A program made the position numbers and the translations under genes. A DNA stretch of 64,000 nt from NCBI GenBank assembly GCA_050015255.1, contig JBEKBT010000005.1, positions 657 through 64,656 on the forward strand. Reading direction: 5' to 3'. Shown here one piece after another: positions 38,897 through 48,695 of the stretch. The notes beneath the pieces were generated by a model. It worked only from the letters and a program-made list of their open reading frames with translations. It was not told the origin of the DNA and did no database searches. Within the stretch, counting starts at the first letter, position 1. Each line of letters starts with the position of its first letter. The stretch is from Acidimicrobiales bacterium (GTDB lineage: Bacteria; Actinomycetota; Acidimicrobiia; Acidimicrobiales; Bog-793).

Positions 38897-39481
38897 TCAC
38901 AGGTAAGGCGTGCGACCACCGTCTCCGATCGCGGCCTGCGAGTCCTTGGACGGCCCAACGCCTCGCATCTGCTCCAGCTGGCGCTGGGTGGCCGCCTGCT
39001 GGACGAAAAGGGTTGCCTGGATGCCCTGGAAGAGCCCCGTGAGCCACCCGACCAGCTGGCCCTGGGCAACCCGGAGCTCCGCATCGGTGGGCGCGCCGTC
39101 GTCGAAGGGGATCGCGAGGCGATCGAGCTCCTGGGCGAGCTCGGGAGACAGCGTGCTCTCGAGCTGGCGAATCGACTCGCCGTAGATCTCCTTCATCCGC
39201 GTGCGACTCGCCTCGTCGAGTGGGGCCATTCGCACCTCCTCGAGGAGCTGCTTGGCCATCGACGCGATCCTCATCAGCTTGGCGGGTTGCGCGATGAACT
39301 CTTCTTCCTCGTACGCGCCCGGCTGGGAGATCTCGATCGGCACGAGAGGTCGCGAGTCGGTGCCTGCCTCCTCACCTTCGGCTGGGTTCTCGGAGACGGC
39401 TGGGGTGGTGGTGGCGGCGGCTGGATTGTCGGGGACCGCGGGGACCGCTGGATCGTCGTTCATGGACCAATTCTGCCCCAA
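38897..39481 (-). CDS. bpa: Bacterial proteasome activator Bpa/PafE (DUF2587)
   Basis: The central region (AKLMRIASMAKQLLEEVRMAPLDEASRTRMKEIYGESIRQLE...AELRVAQGQLVGWLTGLFQGIQATL) closely resembles mycobacterial Bpa. The C-terminus ends in YL (TPYL here, GQYL in Mycobacterium tuberculosis). Confidence 0.8.
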   Translation of the reverse strand: MGQNWSMNDDPAVPAVPDNPAAATTTPAVSENPAEGEEAGTDSRPLVPIEISQPGAYEEEEFIAQPAKLMRIASMAKQLLEEVRMAPLDEASRTRMKEIYGESIRQLESTLSPELAQELDRLAIPFDDGAPTDAELRVAQGQLVGWLTGLFQGIQATLFVQQAATQRQLEQMRGVGPSKDSQAAIGDGGRTPYL

Positions 39482-39577
39482 GCCGGCCGTCGCATGTGTC
39501 GGCGCAGCGGGATCCCAGACAGGCCCGGAACCATGCCTGAGCGGCCCGGGAGGATCCCGGTCCCGGTGGCCTTGCCC

Positions 39578-41671
39578 TCAGCGCCACAGGTGATCGAGAT
39601 CGACCGAGATGGGCCGGTGCGCGGCCGCAGCGGCCCTTGCCGGCGGACGAGGTGGCGTCTGCTCTTGGATGTCGAGGACCGAAAGCACTCCGTCTTCGAG
39701 GAACCTGCTCGCCGGGGCGAGGCAGTGCCGGTCGTTGCGGGCCCGGCGGTGATACTGCATGCGAAGGGGCGTGTACAGCGTGAGCCGGTCCCGGGCCCGG
39801 GTCGTGGCGACGTAAAAAAGCCTTCGTTCCTCAGCCAGTCCGGCCTCCGAACCGAGCGCCATGTCCGAGGGGAAGGCGCCGTCCACGAGATGGGGGAGGT
39901 GCACCGAGGCCCACTCGAGGCCTTTGGCGGAATGAACCGTGGATATGACCACAAAGTCCTCGTCGAGGTGGGGCGGCCCGGCGCGGTCTCCTGTCGACAT
40001 CGGCGGATCAAGCGTTATCTCGGCGAGCCATGCGGACAGATCGTCCATGGCACAAGCCGCGGCGGACAGGCGGTCCAGGTCCTCGACCCTGGCCTGGCCT
40101 TCGCTGTAGCGGCTGAGGACGAGCGGGCGGAGGAGCCGGAAGATGGCCGTCACCCGTCCGGGAACGCCTACCTGCCTGCGGGCGGCGTCGAGGCCCTCCA
40201 GCGTCTTGGTGAGCGCGACACGCGATCTTGCCGGCGCCGCGGCCACCGCCTCGGCCCACTCGTGCGCCCTCGTGCCGGCCTGAGGCGCGACAAGCCCGAG
40301 CAGCATGCGGCCCCGTGCGGGGCCAATGCCGTCGTGCATGCGCAAGAGGCGGAACCACGCGAGATCATCCGCCGGGTTGTCGAGAAGGCGGACCGCGGCA
40401 ACGAAGTCCTTCACGTGTGCGGCCTCCACGAAGCGGAGGCCTCCGTACTTGCGGTATGGGACGCGGCGAGCGGTGAGCTCGAGCTCGATGAGATCGCTGT
40501 GATGAGCGGCGCGCACGAGCACGGCCTGGTCACACAGCCGCATACCCTCCTCATGGGCATCAAGGATGCCGTCGACGACGGCACGGGCCTCACTCGGAGC
40601 GTCATGGCAGCGAACAAGGACCGGGCGGCGACCCCCTGGTCTCTCTCCCTGAAGCACCAGGCGAAGGCCCGCCTCCGACGGCCGGAGGAGATTCGCCAGG
40701 TGCAAGATCGGCTGTACGGAGCGGAAATTGCGCTCGAGCGCGATGACCGTCGCCCCCGGCAGCGAGCTCGCCAGGTCGTGCAAGTAGCTCGCGTCAGCGC
40801 CTCGGAAACCGTAGATGGCTTGCGCATCGTCACCCACAACCGTCAGCCCGCGCCCGTCGGGGCGAAGGGCACGCACGATCTCGACCTGCAAGGCGTTCAC
40901 GTCCTGGTACTCGTCGACTAGCACGTGATCGAACATCTCGATCATCCGGGGCCCGAGCCGATCGTCGGCCAGTGCCGCTCGCCACAAGAGCAACAGGTCG
41001 TCGAAATCGACCTGACCCTTTGCCCGCTTGCGGGCGACGTAGGCCTTGAACAGGGCGGCAATGGCCTCGGCATGGGGCTCACACCAGGGAAAGTCCGTCG
41101 CCAGCACCTCTGAGAGGCGGTGCCGGGTGTTCACACACCTCGAGTACACCTCGACCATCGTGGCCGAGCGCGGCACCCGGACATCTGTCGCCTCGAGGCC
41201 CTGCTCGTCTCTCAGCAGATCCATCACGTCGGCGGCGTCGGCTGGATCGAGAAGAGAGAAGCCCGGTTGCAGCCCCAGCACCTCCGCGTATCCGGCGATG
41301 AACTGGTGCGCAACGGCGTGGAACGTGCCCCCGCGAAGCCGTCTCCCCCATTCCCGGTGACCGCTCAGGGCGGCCGCCCGGGCGAGCATGTCGTCTGCCG
41401 CCCGCCGTGTGAAGGTGAGCAGCAGGATCCTCTCCGGTGGCACCCCGCGCTCGAGGAGTCGTGCCACGCGCGCCGTGAGCGTGCGCGTCTTGCCGGTGCC
41501 GGCACCCGCAACGATCACGAGCGGACCGTCGCCATGGACTACCGCGGCCAGTTGAGCCTCGTCCAAATTAGCATCCCAGCCCGCTTCGTCGTACATATGT
41601 TCGATGTTATCGCCGCCTCGGCCTCGAGAGGGGAAAGCCACCTCCAGAGCGGTCCGGGCCAGTACCGTCAC
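39578..41671 (-). CDS. UvrD/PcrA/Rep-family ATP-dependent DNA helicase
   Basis: Walker A AGAGTGKTRTL and motif II VLVDEYQDVN. 697 aa. Confidence 0.85.
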   Translation of the reverse strand: MTVLARTALEVAFPSRGRGGDNIEHMYDEAGWDANLDEAQLAAVVHGDGPLVIVAGAGTGKTRTLTARVARLLERGVPPERILLLTFTRRAADDMLARAAALSGHREWGRRLRGGTFHAVAHQFIAGYAEVLGLQPGFSLLDPADAADVMDLLRDEQGLEATDVRVPRSATMVEVYSRCVNTRHRLSEVLATDFPWCEPHAEAIAALFKAYVARKRAKGQVDFDDLLLLWRAALADDRLGPRMIEMFDHVLVDEYQDVNALQVEIVRALRPDGRGLTVVGDDAQAIYGFRGADASYLHDLASSLPGATVIALERNFRSVQPILHLANLLRPSEAGLRLVLQGERPGGRRPVLVRCHDAPSEARAVVDGILDAHEEGMRLCDQAVLVRAAHHSDLIELELTARRVPYRKYGGLRFVEAAHVKDFVAAVRLLDNPADDLAWFRLLRMHDGIGPARGRMLLGLVAPQAGTRAHEWAEAVAAAPARSRVALTKTLEGLDAARRQVGVPGRVTAIFRLLRPLVLSRYSEGQARVEDLDRLSAAACAMDDLSAWLAEITLDPPMSTGDRAGPPHLDEDFVVISTVHSAKGLEWASVHLPHLVDGAFPSDMALGSEAGLAEERRLFYVATTRARDRLTLYTPLRMQYHRRARNDRHCLAPASRFLEDGVLSVLDIQEQTPPRPPARAAAAAHRPISVDLDHLWR

Positions 41672-41733
41672 ATGGGTGGCGCTGGTGCTCAGGACCAGGT
41701 TGCGAAGGTGATGTCCTCAAGGACGGCGCCGAA

Positions 41734-44529
41734 TTGCCGATAACTTTTCTCGTGGCCTCACAAGACCGCTACGAGGAACGCGCTTTCGCGCGATCGAAGG
41801 TCGCCCCCGAACCAGCGGACTCACAAGGTCCGGAGGGCGGCGCCGTGGCCACCGCCTCACCAGTGGGCACATGGCAGGCTCCGCCAGCGCCTGCGGGTCC
41901 GCCCCTCAGTGCGAGGGTAGGCGTCCCGGTTTTCGCCGCCCTGCTCGGCGCCGGTACCATCGCCCTCCTCATCTGGGGGCCGCTCGGAACGAACGCGCCC
42001 TACCGGGACCTCACCGCCCAGCCTCTGGTGGCAGCCTTGCTGACAGTCATCTTTGCGGCCGTTGTGATCAGCCCGGTCATGGTCCACTACAAGGGCCAGA
42101 CCTACATGTTCGTCTTGGGAGAAGTCCCACTGCTGCTCGGATTGGTGATAGCCGCACCATTGACCCTCGTCATCTGCCGCGTGCTCGGGGAGGCAGTCGC
42201 CCTCGGGGCCATCCGACGACAATCTCCGAGCAAGCTTGCCTTCAACCTTGCTACCCACGCGATGTCATCGGTGGTCGCGATCATCGTGTACCGGGCTCTC
42301 CTCGGAGGCTTCATCGTCTCCGACGGCCCGCGTGTCGCCGTGCTTCCCATCGGTTGGACAGCCGGCGCCGTCGCTCTCTGCGCGGCATTCCTGGTCTGTC
42401 ACGTGGCGGTCACCATCGTCGTACGACTGAACGGGCATCCCCAGCAGCGCAAGTACGGCTTCGAGTTCACCACTGTGGCTCTGATGCTCATATCGAGCAT
42501 CGCGCTTGCCCTGGTGGTGCTCGACGCTGCCTGGTGGGACACGTGGGCGGTCCTCCCACTCGTGACTGTCGGTGCCCTCATCGTGTTCGCCTACCGCGGA
42601 TACCTCCGACTCACGAATCGTTTCGGCGCCCTTCAGCAGTTGTACGACTTCAGCAAGTTGGTAGGTGGCCCCTATCTCGAGACCGCGGGCACCGCGTGGG
42701 CAGTCCTAGAGCAAGTGCAGTCGGTCATGCGGTCCAACAGGGCGGAGCTGGTCATCGTCGACGACTGGCCTTCAGTGCGACACGTCGCGTTGAATGGGGA
42801 CGTCCGCTCAACGGTGCAACGGACGATCGTTGACAGCTCGTCGGCGATCGCGAAGGCCATCACCAAGCGACAGGCCAGCCTGCTGGTCGGCACTACGGGG
42901 AACCACAAGCGCGATCCGGACGTCGACCCTCTCCTCGGCGACTTCCGTGGCGCCATGGTCGTGCCCCTCGCCAGTGGCGAGCGCACCCTCGGCGCTCTCA
43001 TCGCCCTCGACCGCGACGAGGGCTTCGCCCCCTTCGACGACGACGACCTGAGGCTCTTCGAGGCGCTGGCCGCGCATGCGAGCACGACCATGGAACGGGC
43101 GCAGCTCGTCGAGGAGCTCCGGCTAGAAGCCGAGAGCAAGTGGTACCAGGCGACCCATGACCTGCTGACTGGGCTCCCCAACCGGACCCTGTTTCTTGAC
43201 CGCGCCACGTCCGCGCTCGCCGAGACGGGCAGGGCAGCTGTCGCGTTGTTGGACCTCGACCGGTTCAAGGAGGTCAATGACACCCTTGGCCATGGCACCG
43301 GCGACCGGCTCCTCTGCGAGGTCGCCGAGACCCTGGTGCGCACCGGTAGCGGCCGGGCCACGGTCGCCCGGCTCGGCGGCGATGAGTTCGCCCTCGTCGT
43401 GCCCGACATCATCGGGCCTGAAGAGGCCACAGGAGTAGTGCGTGACCTTCTCGCTGCGATCTCCAAGCCGATGAACATCGATGGGGTCATGCTCGCCATC
43501 ACCGCCACGGCGGGAATCGCACTGGCTCCCGAGCACGGAGACAACGTTGCGACCCTTCTGCAAAGGGCGGACATTGCGATGTACCACGGCAAGGCGAAGC
43601 GCTCGGGCATCGAGCTCTACCTGCCCGCGCACGATCAGAGCATGCAGCGAAAGCTCCTCCTCGGCGGACACCTGGCCGAGGCGCTCGCGAGCGGCCAACA
43701 GCTGAGCGTGATGTACCAGCCGATCGCGGGCCTCGTCTCGGGCGAGGTGGTCCGTGTCGAGGCGCTCGCGCGCTGGTTCCACCCCGTGCACGGCCAGGTC
43801 CCAGCAGACGAGTTCATCCAGATCGCCGAGCAAATGGGGCTCATCGGCCAGATCACCGACTTCGTGCTCAACGAAGCCTGCAAGCAGGCGGCCCAGTGGC
43901 GGCGCGACGGGCTCGAGATCGGGCTCGCCGTCAACCTCTCCGGGCGCGATCTCTCGAACCGCTCTCTCGTCCGCAACATCACCGCCCATCTCGGGGCCAA
44001 CGGGCTCCCGGCGAGCGCCCTCTCGCTCGAGATCACCGAGACAGAGGTCATGGCCGACATCGCCGAGGCGAGCGACGTGCTGGGCCAGCTCTCCGAGCTC
44101 GGGGTGCGGATCGCCGTCGACGACTACGGCACCGGCTACTCCTCGCTCGCCTACCTGCACCGCCTGCCCGTGAACGAGCTGAAGTTGGACAGGTCCTTCG
44201 TCGCCAATGTCGCCGCCGACCAGAGCAACTCGATCATCGTCCGTTCCTCCATCGCCATGGCGCATTCGCTGGGCCTGACCGTCGTCGCGGAAGGTGCCGA
44301 GGACGAGGTCACTTGTGCCATCCTCGCCGACGCGGGTTGCGACGCGGTGCAGGGCTACTACTTCTCTCCGCCGTTGGGGCGTGAGGACCTGCTCCGCTGG
44401 TTCGCCACGCATCCTCGCCTCAAGTTCTCTCGTGAGATCCCTTCGACGAGGCCACTTCGCATCATCCCCGGACGGCTCGAAGAGGGGCCACAGGCAGAGC
44501 TAGAGACAGGATCCCAGCTCAGAGGCTGA
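41734..44529 (+). CDS. Membrane-anchored GAF-GGDEF-EAL signalling protein
   Basis: About eight N-terminal hydrophobic helices, a GAF-like segment, an intact GGDEF (RLGGDEF) and an intact EAL (VEALARW, EITETE). The start is uncertain (TTG at 41734 or GTG at 41751). Confidence 0.85.
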   Translation: MPITFLVASQDRYEERAFARSKVAPEPADSQGPEGGAVATASPVGTWQAPPAPAGPPLSARVGVPVFAALLGAGTIALLIWGPLGTNAPYRDLTAQPLVAALLTVIFAAVVISPVMVHYKGQTYMFVLGEVPLLLGLVIAAPLTLVICRVLGEAVALGAIRRQSPSKLAFNLATHAMSSVVAIIVYRALLGGFIVSDGPRVAVLPIGWTAGAVALCAAFLVCHVAVTIVVRLNGHPQQRKYGFEFTTVALMLISSIALALVVLDAAWWDTWAVLPLVTVGALIVFAYRGYLRLTNRFGALQQLYDFSKLVGGPYLETAGTAWAVLEQVQSVMRSNRAELVIVDDWPSVRHVALNGDVRSTVQRTIVDSSSAIAKAITKRQASLLVGTTGNHKRDPDVDPLLGDFRGAMVVPLASGERTLGALIALDRDEGFAPFDDDDLRLFEALAAHASTTMERAQLVEELRLEAESKWYQATHDLLTGLPNRTLFLDRATSALAETGRAAVALLDLDRFKEVNDTLGHGTGDRLLCEVAETLVRTGSGRATVARLGGDEFALVVPDIIGPEEATGVVRDLLAAISKPMNIDGVMLAITATAGIALAPEHGDNVATLLQRADIAMYHGKAKRSGIELYLPAHDQSMQRKLLLGGHLAEALASGQQLSVMYQPIAGLVSGEVVRVEALARWFHPVHGQVPADEFIQIAEQMGLIGQITDFVLNEACKQAAQWRRDGLEIGLAVNLSGRDLSNRSLVRNITAHLGANGLPASALSLEITETEVMADIAEASDVLGQLSELGVRIAVDDYGTGYSSLAYLHRLPVNELKLDRSFVANVAADQSNSIIVRSSIAMAHSLGLTVVAEGAEDEVTCAILADAGCDAVQGYYFSPPLGREDLLRWFATHPRLKFSREIPSTRPLRIIPGRLEEGPQAELETGSQLRG

Positions 44530-45022
44530 GTCCTTGGCTCAGCTGAGCCGAGCGGCACAGAAGTAAGTTCGCGCCCATCTGGCCGCCAAGAAACGCGCCT
44601 TCCCCTGTACCGCCGTTAACAACGAGGTTAGTGTGGCCATTGTGCGGTACCCCACTGACCTGGGATGATCTTGGACGCGGGGGAATCGAGGGCACCGGTA
44701 GCTCGGTGTTGCGCCCTCGTCTCCCCCGACCGTGGTCCCCTGTCTGGAAGGGAGGTGGTCGAGATGGTTCGTGACGTCTATTGGGGCTGAGCCACGTGGC
44801 TGTGACCACGTGAACTCAAATGGGACCCGCTGTTGCTGACGTGACGGCTCTTCCCATTTCTTATCGGAGCGGCAGGTGGGATCCTTTAGTGGTATGAGGC
44901 TCTCCGCCTGCCGTTTCCGTGTCGCCGGTGGGCAAAGTCCCTCGTTTTTCGCGGGCCTGCAGCAGTGAACGCCGGAGCGCGTTCAGACCGAGTATCGCCA
45001 ACTCGAGTGTCGATTCCGCGCC

Positions 45023-46489
45023 ATGATGAGAGGCACTGTGACCTCCGGGCGGGATAGCTACGAAATCGGGGTTGCATCCAGAAGTGCCCGGTCGCTCGGG
45101 CGACGGTTCCGCTATCTCTGGGCGAGCTTTGTCGTAGCCAGCCTCGGCGACGGCTTCGGCTACGGAGCCATGCCGCTCCTCGCCCTCTTCGTCGACCCGC
45201 ATCCCCTCCCGGTGTCCGGAGTGGCGGCTGCCGACTCGTTGCCATGGCTCGTGCTCGCGCTTCCTGCCGGCGCGCTCGCCGACCGCTACGAGCGAGGGCG
45301 GCTCATGGCGGTGACAAACATAGGGCGCGCGCTCGTCCTGGGCTCGCTGGCAGTGCTGGTCGCCACCCACCACCTCGACTACTTGCTGCTCGTGATCCTC
45401 GTGTTCACGAACGGCGGGGGGCGAGCGATCTACTACTCGGCATCGCAGGCGACCGTGCCAGAGCTGGTCAAACCCCGGGCCTTCTCACGCGCCAATGGGA
45501 TCTTGACCGGCACCGAAGCAGCCACCCAGCACCTCGGCGGACCGATCCTTGGAACACTGGCCTTCGTTGCGGCCAAGGCCCTCCCCTTTGTGGCCGACGC
45601 GGCAACAGTCGGGCTTTCCGGCTTGTCCCTGCTGGGCTTTCGCACCGAGCGGCTGAAGCCCAGCGTCGCTCACGGCTCCATCCTGGACGGTGCCCGGCAG
45701 CTCATGAAGGACCGCTCGCTGAGACTCCTCGTGATCCTGCTCGCGGCACTGGCCGGCCTGCAGGGGCTGGTGACGGGCGTGCTCGTGATCATCGCCACGG
45801 TCGACTGGGGAGTGTCAAAAGGCCTGTACGGCGTCTTCTTGGCGGTCGGGGCGGCGGGCAACCTTCCCGGCGCCCTGCTTGCAGATCGCATCGCCAACCG
45901 GATCGGCAACATCCCGACGGTCATCGTGAGCGCGCTCGTCTCGGGCGCGGCCTATCTGGTCATGGCGACGGCAAAGGGATGGCCGATAGCCGGCACGGCC
46001 TTTTTCGTGGTCAGCTTCGCCGTCTGCGCCGGGAGCGTCGTCGCCATCTCGCTTCGCCAGCGCCTTTCCCCCCGGGACTTGATGGGGCGGATCGGCTCGG
46101 CGTGGCGCGGCATCGTGTGGGGCGCGGCCCCGATCGGTTCCCTCATAGGCGGTGAGGTCGCTGACAAGTGGGGAGTTCACCTACCGCTCTTCATCGCCGG
46201 GATAGCCCAGTGCGTCGTGGCGGTCGTCCTCGCAGGCCCGCTCGCGCACAGCTTCGCAGCCTCGGAGAAAGCCGTGGCCGGAGCCGACGATGAGCGAGCC
46301 CGCACGGGCTCAGTCGACGGCGAACAGCCCTGGGCGGAGTCGGGCAGCGCCGCACAGGTGCTCTCTCAGGCTCTCGAGATCGATGCGTCACAGATCGATG
46401 CGCTACGACCGAAGGGGCGCCGCCTGCACAGCCGTCCCGGTCACGGGCCTCTCTACTGGGGCCGCTCGTCGAGAAACTCGCGGCGATGA
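45023..46489 (+). CDS. MFS transporter
   Basis: 488 aa with 12 predicted hydrophobic segments and an N-terminal FRYLWASFVVASLGDG typical of EntS/DHA-like MFS transporters. Confidence 0.8.
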   Translation: MMRGTVTSGRDSYEIGVASRSARSLGRRFRYLWASFVVASLGDGFGYGAMPLLALFVDPHPLPVSGVAAADSLPWLVLALPAGALADRYERGRLMAVTNIGRALVLGSLAVLVATHHLDYLLLVILVFTNGGGRAIYYSASQATVPELVKPRAFSRANGILTGTEAATQHLGGPILGTLAFVAAKALPFVADAATVGLSGLSLLGFRTERLKPSVAHGSILDGARQLMKDRSLRLLVILLAALAGLQGLVTGVLVIIATVDWGVSKGLYGVFLAVGAAGNLPGALLADRIANRIGNIPTVIVSALVSGAAYLVMATAKGWPIAGTAFFVVSFAVCAGSVVAISLRQRLSPRDLMGRIGSAWRGIVWGAAPIGSLIGGEVADKWGVHLPLFIAGIAQCVVAVVLAGPLAHSFAASEKAVAGADDERARTGSVDGEQPWAESGSAAQVLSQALEIDASQIDALRPKGRRLHSRPGHGPLYWGRSSRNSRR

Positions 46490-46932
46490 TGCCAGCGCCG
46501 GTGCCTGCGGTCCCGTACCCAGACAAACAGCGCCACGAGCAAGATCAGCAGCCACGGTACGTGAACCCACCCGAGCGTCAAGAATCGGCTCGAGGCGGCG
46601 ACGAACGACAGGGCCCAGAAGGCCAGGACCGCGAAGAGCACGACCTTTAGAAAGCCGTGACGGTGGCGAGGCGGTTCTCGCAAGACTGCCGCCTGCTCCG
46701 GGGTGCGAAGGCTGGGAAGATCCACGAGCAGACCCGACAAGTCCGCCCGCGTCTTCGCGCTCATGGCCCGGTCCAGCCGCTCCTGGAACTCTGCGGCGTC
46801 CAAGCGCCCGTCGCTGTAGTGCTTGGAGAGCAGCTCGCTGATCTCGTTGCGCTCGGCATCTCCGATCCGCAGGTTCGGATCGTTGTCACGTCTCGGTGGC
46901 GATCCCCAAGGGACATCCCATCGTGATTGCAT
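46453..46932 (-). CDS. DUF1707 domain-containing membrane protein
   Basis: N-terminal RIGDAERNEISELLSKHYSDGRLDAAEFQERLDRAMSAKTRADLSGLLVDLP, followed by two hydrophobic helices. Confidence 0.75.
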   Translation of the reverse strand: MQSRWDVPWGSPPRRDNDPNLRIGDAERNEISELLSKHYSDGRLDAAEFQERLDRAMSAKTRADLSGLLVDLPSLRTPEQAAVLREPPRHRHGFLKVVLFAVLAFWALSFVAASSRFLTLGWVHVPWLLILLVALFVWVRDRRHRRWHHRREFLDERPQ

Positions 46933-46979
46933 TTCCTTCCTTCCTCGAGAACGAGTGGGCTAGATCGATCTGGACGCGG

Positions 46980-47246
46980 TCAGCGGTGCCAGGAGTGGTT
47001 CAAGATCTCACCGGCGATGGCGACCTCCGAGCCCTGCTCGGGGATCAGAAGCCATGCTGCCACGTACAGCGGCACGCCGGCACCGCCGAGGAGCGTCAGC
47101 GCCACGAGGCCGATGCGCACCAGCGTCACGTCCACGTCGAAGTAGTCGGCGAGCCCCACCGCGACGCCGGCCAACATCGCTCCGTCGCGTGACCTGCGGA
47201 GAAGCCCCGACTCGGTTGAGTCCTTGTGATTCGTCGTTATGTCCAT
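46980..47246 (-). CDS. PspC domain-containing small membrane protein
   Basis: LRRSRDGAMLAGVAVGLADYFDVDVTLVRIGLVALTLLGGAGVPLYVAAWLLIPE is the canonical PspC domain. Confidence 0.8.
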   Translation of the reverse strand: MDITTNHKDSTESGLLRRSRDGAMLAGVAVGLADYFDVDVTLVRIGLVALTLLGGAGVPLYVAAWLLIPEQGSEVAIAGEILNHSWHR

Positions 47247-47417
47247 ACGATCATGGTGCTCCCCCGGAGACCGCCTGGAAATCGGGGATGTCCCGGATCG
47301 GACCCTGAGAACCCGGGAGCCCGATCAGGGGCTCCCCCGATGGTTGCACCGCCTCAAAGGCGCGATCATCGTTGCATAGGCGATCATTTCAACCCCTGGC
47401 AGCATCACTTCGAGGGC

Positions 47418-48695
47418 ATGCAGACGGACCGCGCCTGGGGGAAAGGGCGCTACCGGCGCCATCGCCAACGCCCCCGGCTGCAGCGCAGCCGGGAGGACCG
47501 GATCATCGCCGGCATCGCCGGAGGCATCGCCGCTCGCCTCGGCAGGGACGTGACGATCGTGCGCATCGTCATCGTGCTCCTGGGCCTGGTGAGCGCGTTC
47601 GGCGTCGCCGGCTACGTGCTCGCCTGGCTGCTGCTCCCCGCCGAGGGGTCCACCGAGACGATCGGCGCCCGTGCCGTCGCGGACCGCCAAGGCATCACCA
47701 TCGCCCTCGCCCTCGTGCCCGCACTCGTGCTCGTCCTGCTCCTCGGCTCGGCACTGCACGCTGGCTTCTTGTCGTCTTGGGGACTGCCACTTCTCATAAG
47801 CGCGGCCGGGCTCGTCCTCGTCTACCGAAACGCCGAGGACGACGAACGAGCGTGGTTGACCGAATCGGTCAAGGCCTTGCTCCAGCTGGGCTCCGAGCCG
47901 CGCCAGTCGCGTCGCTCCTTCATGGTCCGCCTCGGAGCCGGCGTGGTGCTGTTCGTGCTCGGTGTGTTCGTCATATCCGAAGGAGCCCTGAGCCACTCTT
48001 GGCTCCGGCCCTTCGCAGGGACGCTGCTCATGATCGCAGGGACCGTGGTCCTCCTCGGCCCCTGGTGGCTCAAGCTGGCCCTGGACCTGCTGCACGAGCG
48101 CCAAGCGCGCATTCGTGCCGAGGAGCGGGCGGACATGGCGGCCCGGGTGCATGACTCGGTGCTGCAGACCCTGGCCATGATCCAACGCTCCGCGGACCAG
48201 CCCCAAGAGGTCGCGAAGCTGGCCCGCGCCCAGGAGCGGGAGCTCCGCTCGTGGTTGTTCGAAGGCCGGGCGCCCGGGTCCTTCGGGGCCGAGGGAGCCG
48301 CGACGCTCTCGGCAGGAGTCGAGCAGATCGAGCGCGAGGTCGAAGCCGCGCACGGGATCGCCATCGATGCCGTCACCGTCGGGGACGCCCCGCTCGACGA
48401 CGAGCTGCGGGCACTGCTCGCCGCCGGCAGGGAGGCGACGGTGAACGCCGCCAAATGGTCCGGCGCGCCCGCCGTGTCCATCTACGTCGAGGCCGAGCCG
48501 CGGCGGGTGTCCATGTTCGTACGGGACCGCGGGGCCGGTTTCGACTCCGAGGCGGTAGCCGGCGACCGCAAGGGGATCGCAGAGTCGATCCGCGGCAGGA
48601 TGCAGCGCCACGGCGGGACCGCCGTCATCCGTTCGGTGCCCGGAGAGGGGACCGAGGTCGAGCTCAGCGTGCCCAGGCACGCCGGCCGCCCATGA
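47418..48695 (+). CDS. PspC-domain sensor histidine kinase (HisKA_3/NarL-class)
   Basis: N-terminal PspC domain (RIIAGIAGGIAARLGRDVTIVRIVIVLLGL...AWLLLP), transmembrane helices, an H-box ARVHDSVLQTL, and a HATPase_c region. ATG at 47418. Confidence 0.8.
   Translation: MQTDRAWGKGRYRRHRQRPRLQRSREDRIIAGIAGGIAARLGRDVTIVRIVIVLLGLVSAFGVAGYVLAWLLLPAEGSTETIGARAVADRQGITIALALVPALVLVLLLGSALHAGFLSSWGLPLLISAAGLVLVYRNAEDDERAWLTESVKALLQLGSEPRQSRRSFMVRLGAGVVLFVLGVFVISEGALSHSWLRPFAGTLLMIAGTVVLLGPWWLKLALDLLHERQARIRAEERADMAARVHDSVLQTLAMIQRSADQPQEVAKLARAQERELRSWLFEGRAPGSFGAEGAATLSAGVEQIEREVEAAHGIAIDAVTVGDAPLDDELRALLAAGREATVNAAKWSGAPAVSIYVEAEPRRVSMFVRDRGAGFDSEAVAGDRKGIAESIRGRMQRHGGTAVIRSVPGEGTEVELSVPRHAGRP

Noticed and set aside
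38837-40921. 694-aa plus-strand ORF overlapping bpa and the UvrD-like helicase.
   Set aside because: It is antisense to two genes that have strong family signatures (Bpa core, Walker A, DEYQD). Its composition is low-complexity Arg/Gly-rich.
44648-44700. ACCCCACUGACCUGGGAUGAUCUUGGACGCGGGGGAA, which loosely resembles the 3' half of a TPP riboswitch or the GCCACUG core of a cobalamin riboswitch.
   Set aside because: The obligatory CUGAGA element of the TPP pyrimidine-sensor helix is absent upstream. No B12-box is recognisable. The similarity is too weak without a covariance-model search.
44783-44830. GGGGCTGA... resembling the 5' end of tmRNA.
   Set aside because: No following UUCGAC-type acceptor or T-arm partner is present. 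There is no tag reading frame and no GGUUCGAUUCC...CCA 3' end within the gap. The region is also too short for a tmRNA.
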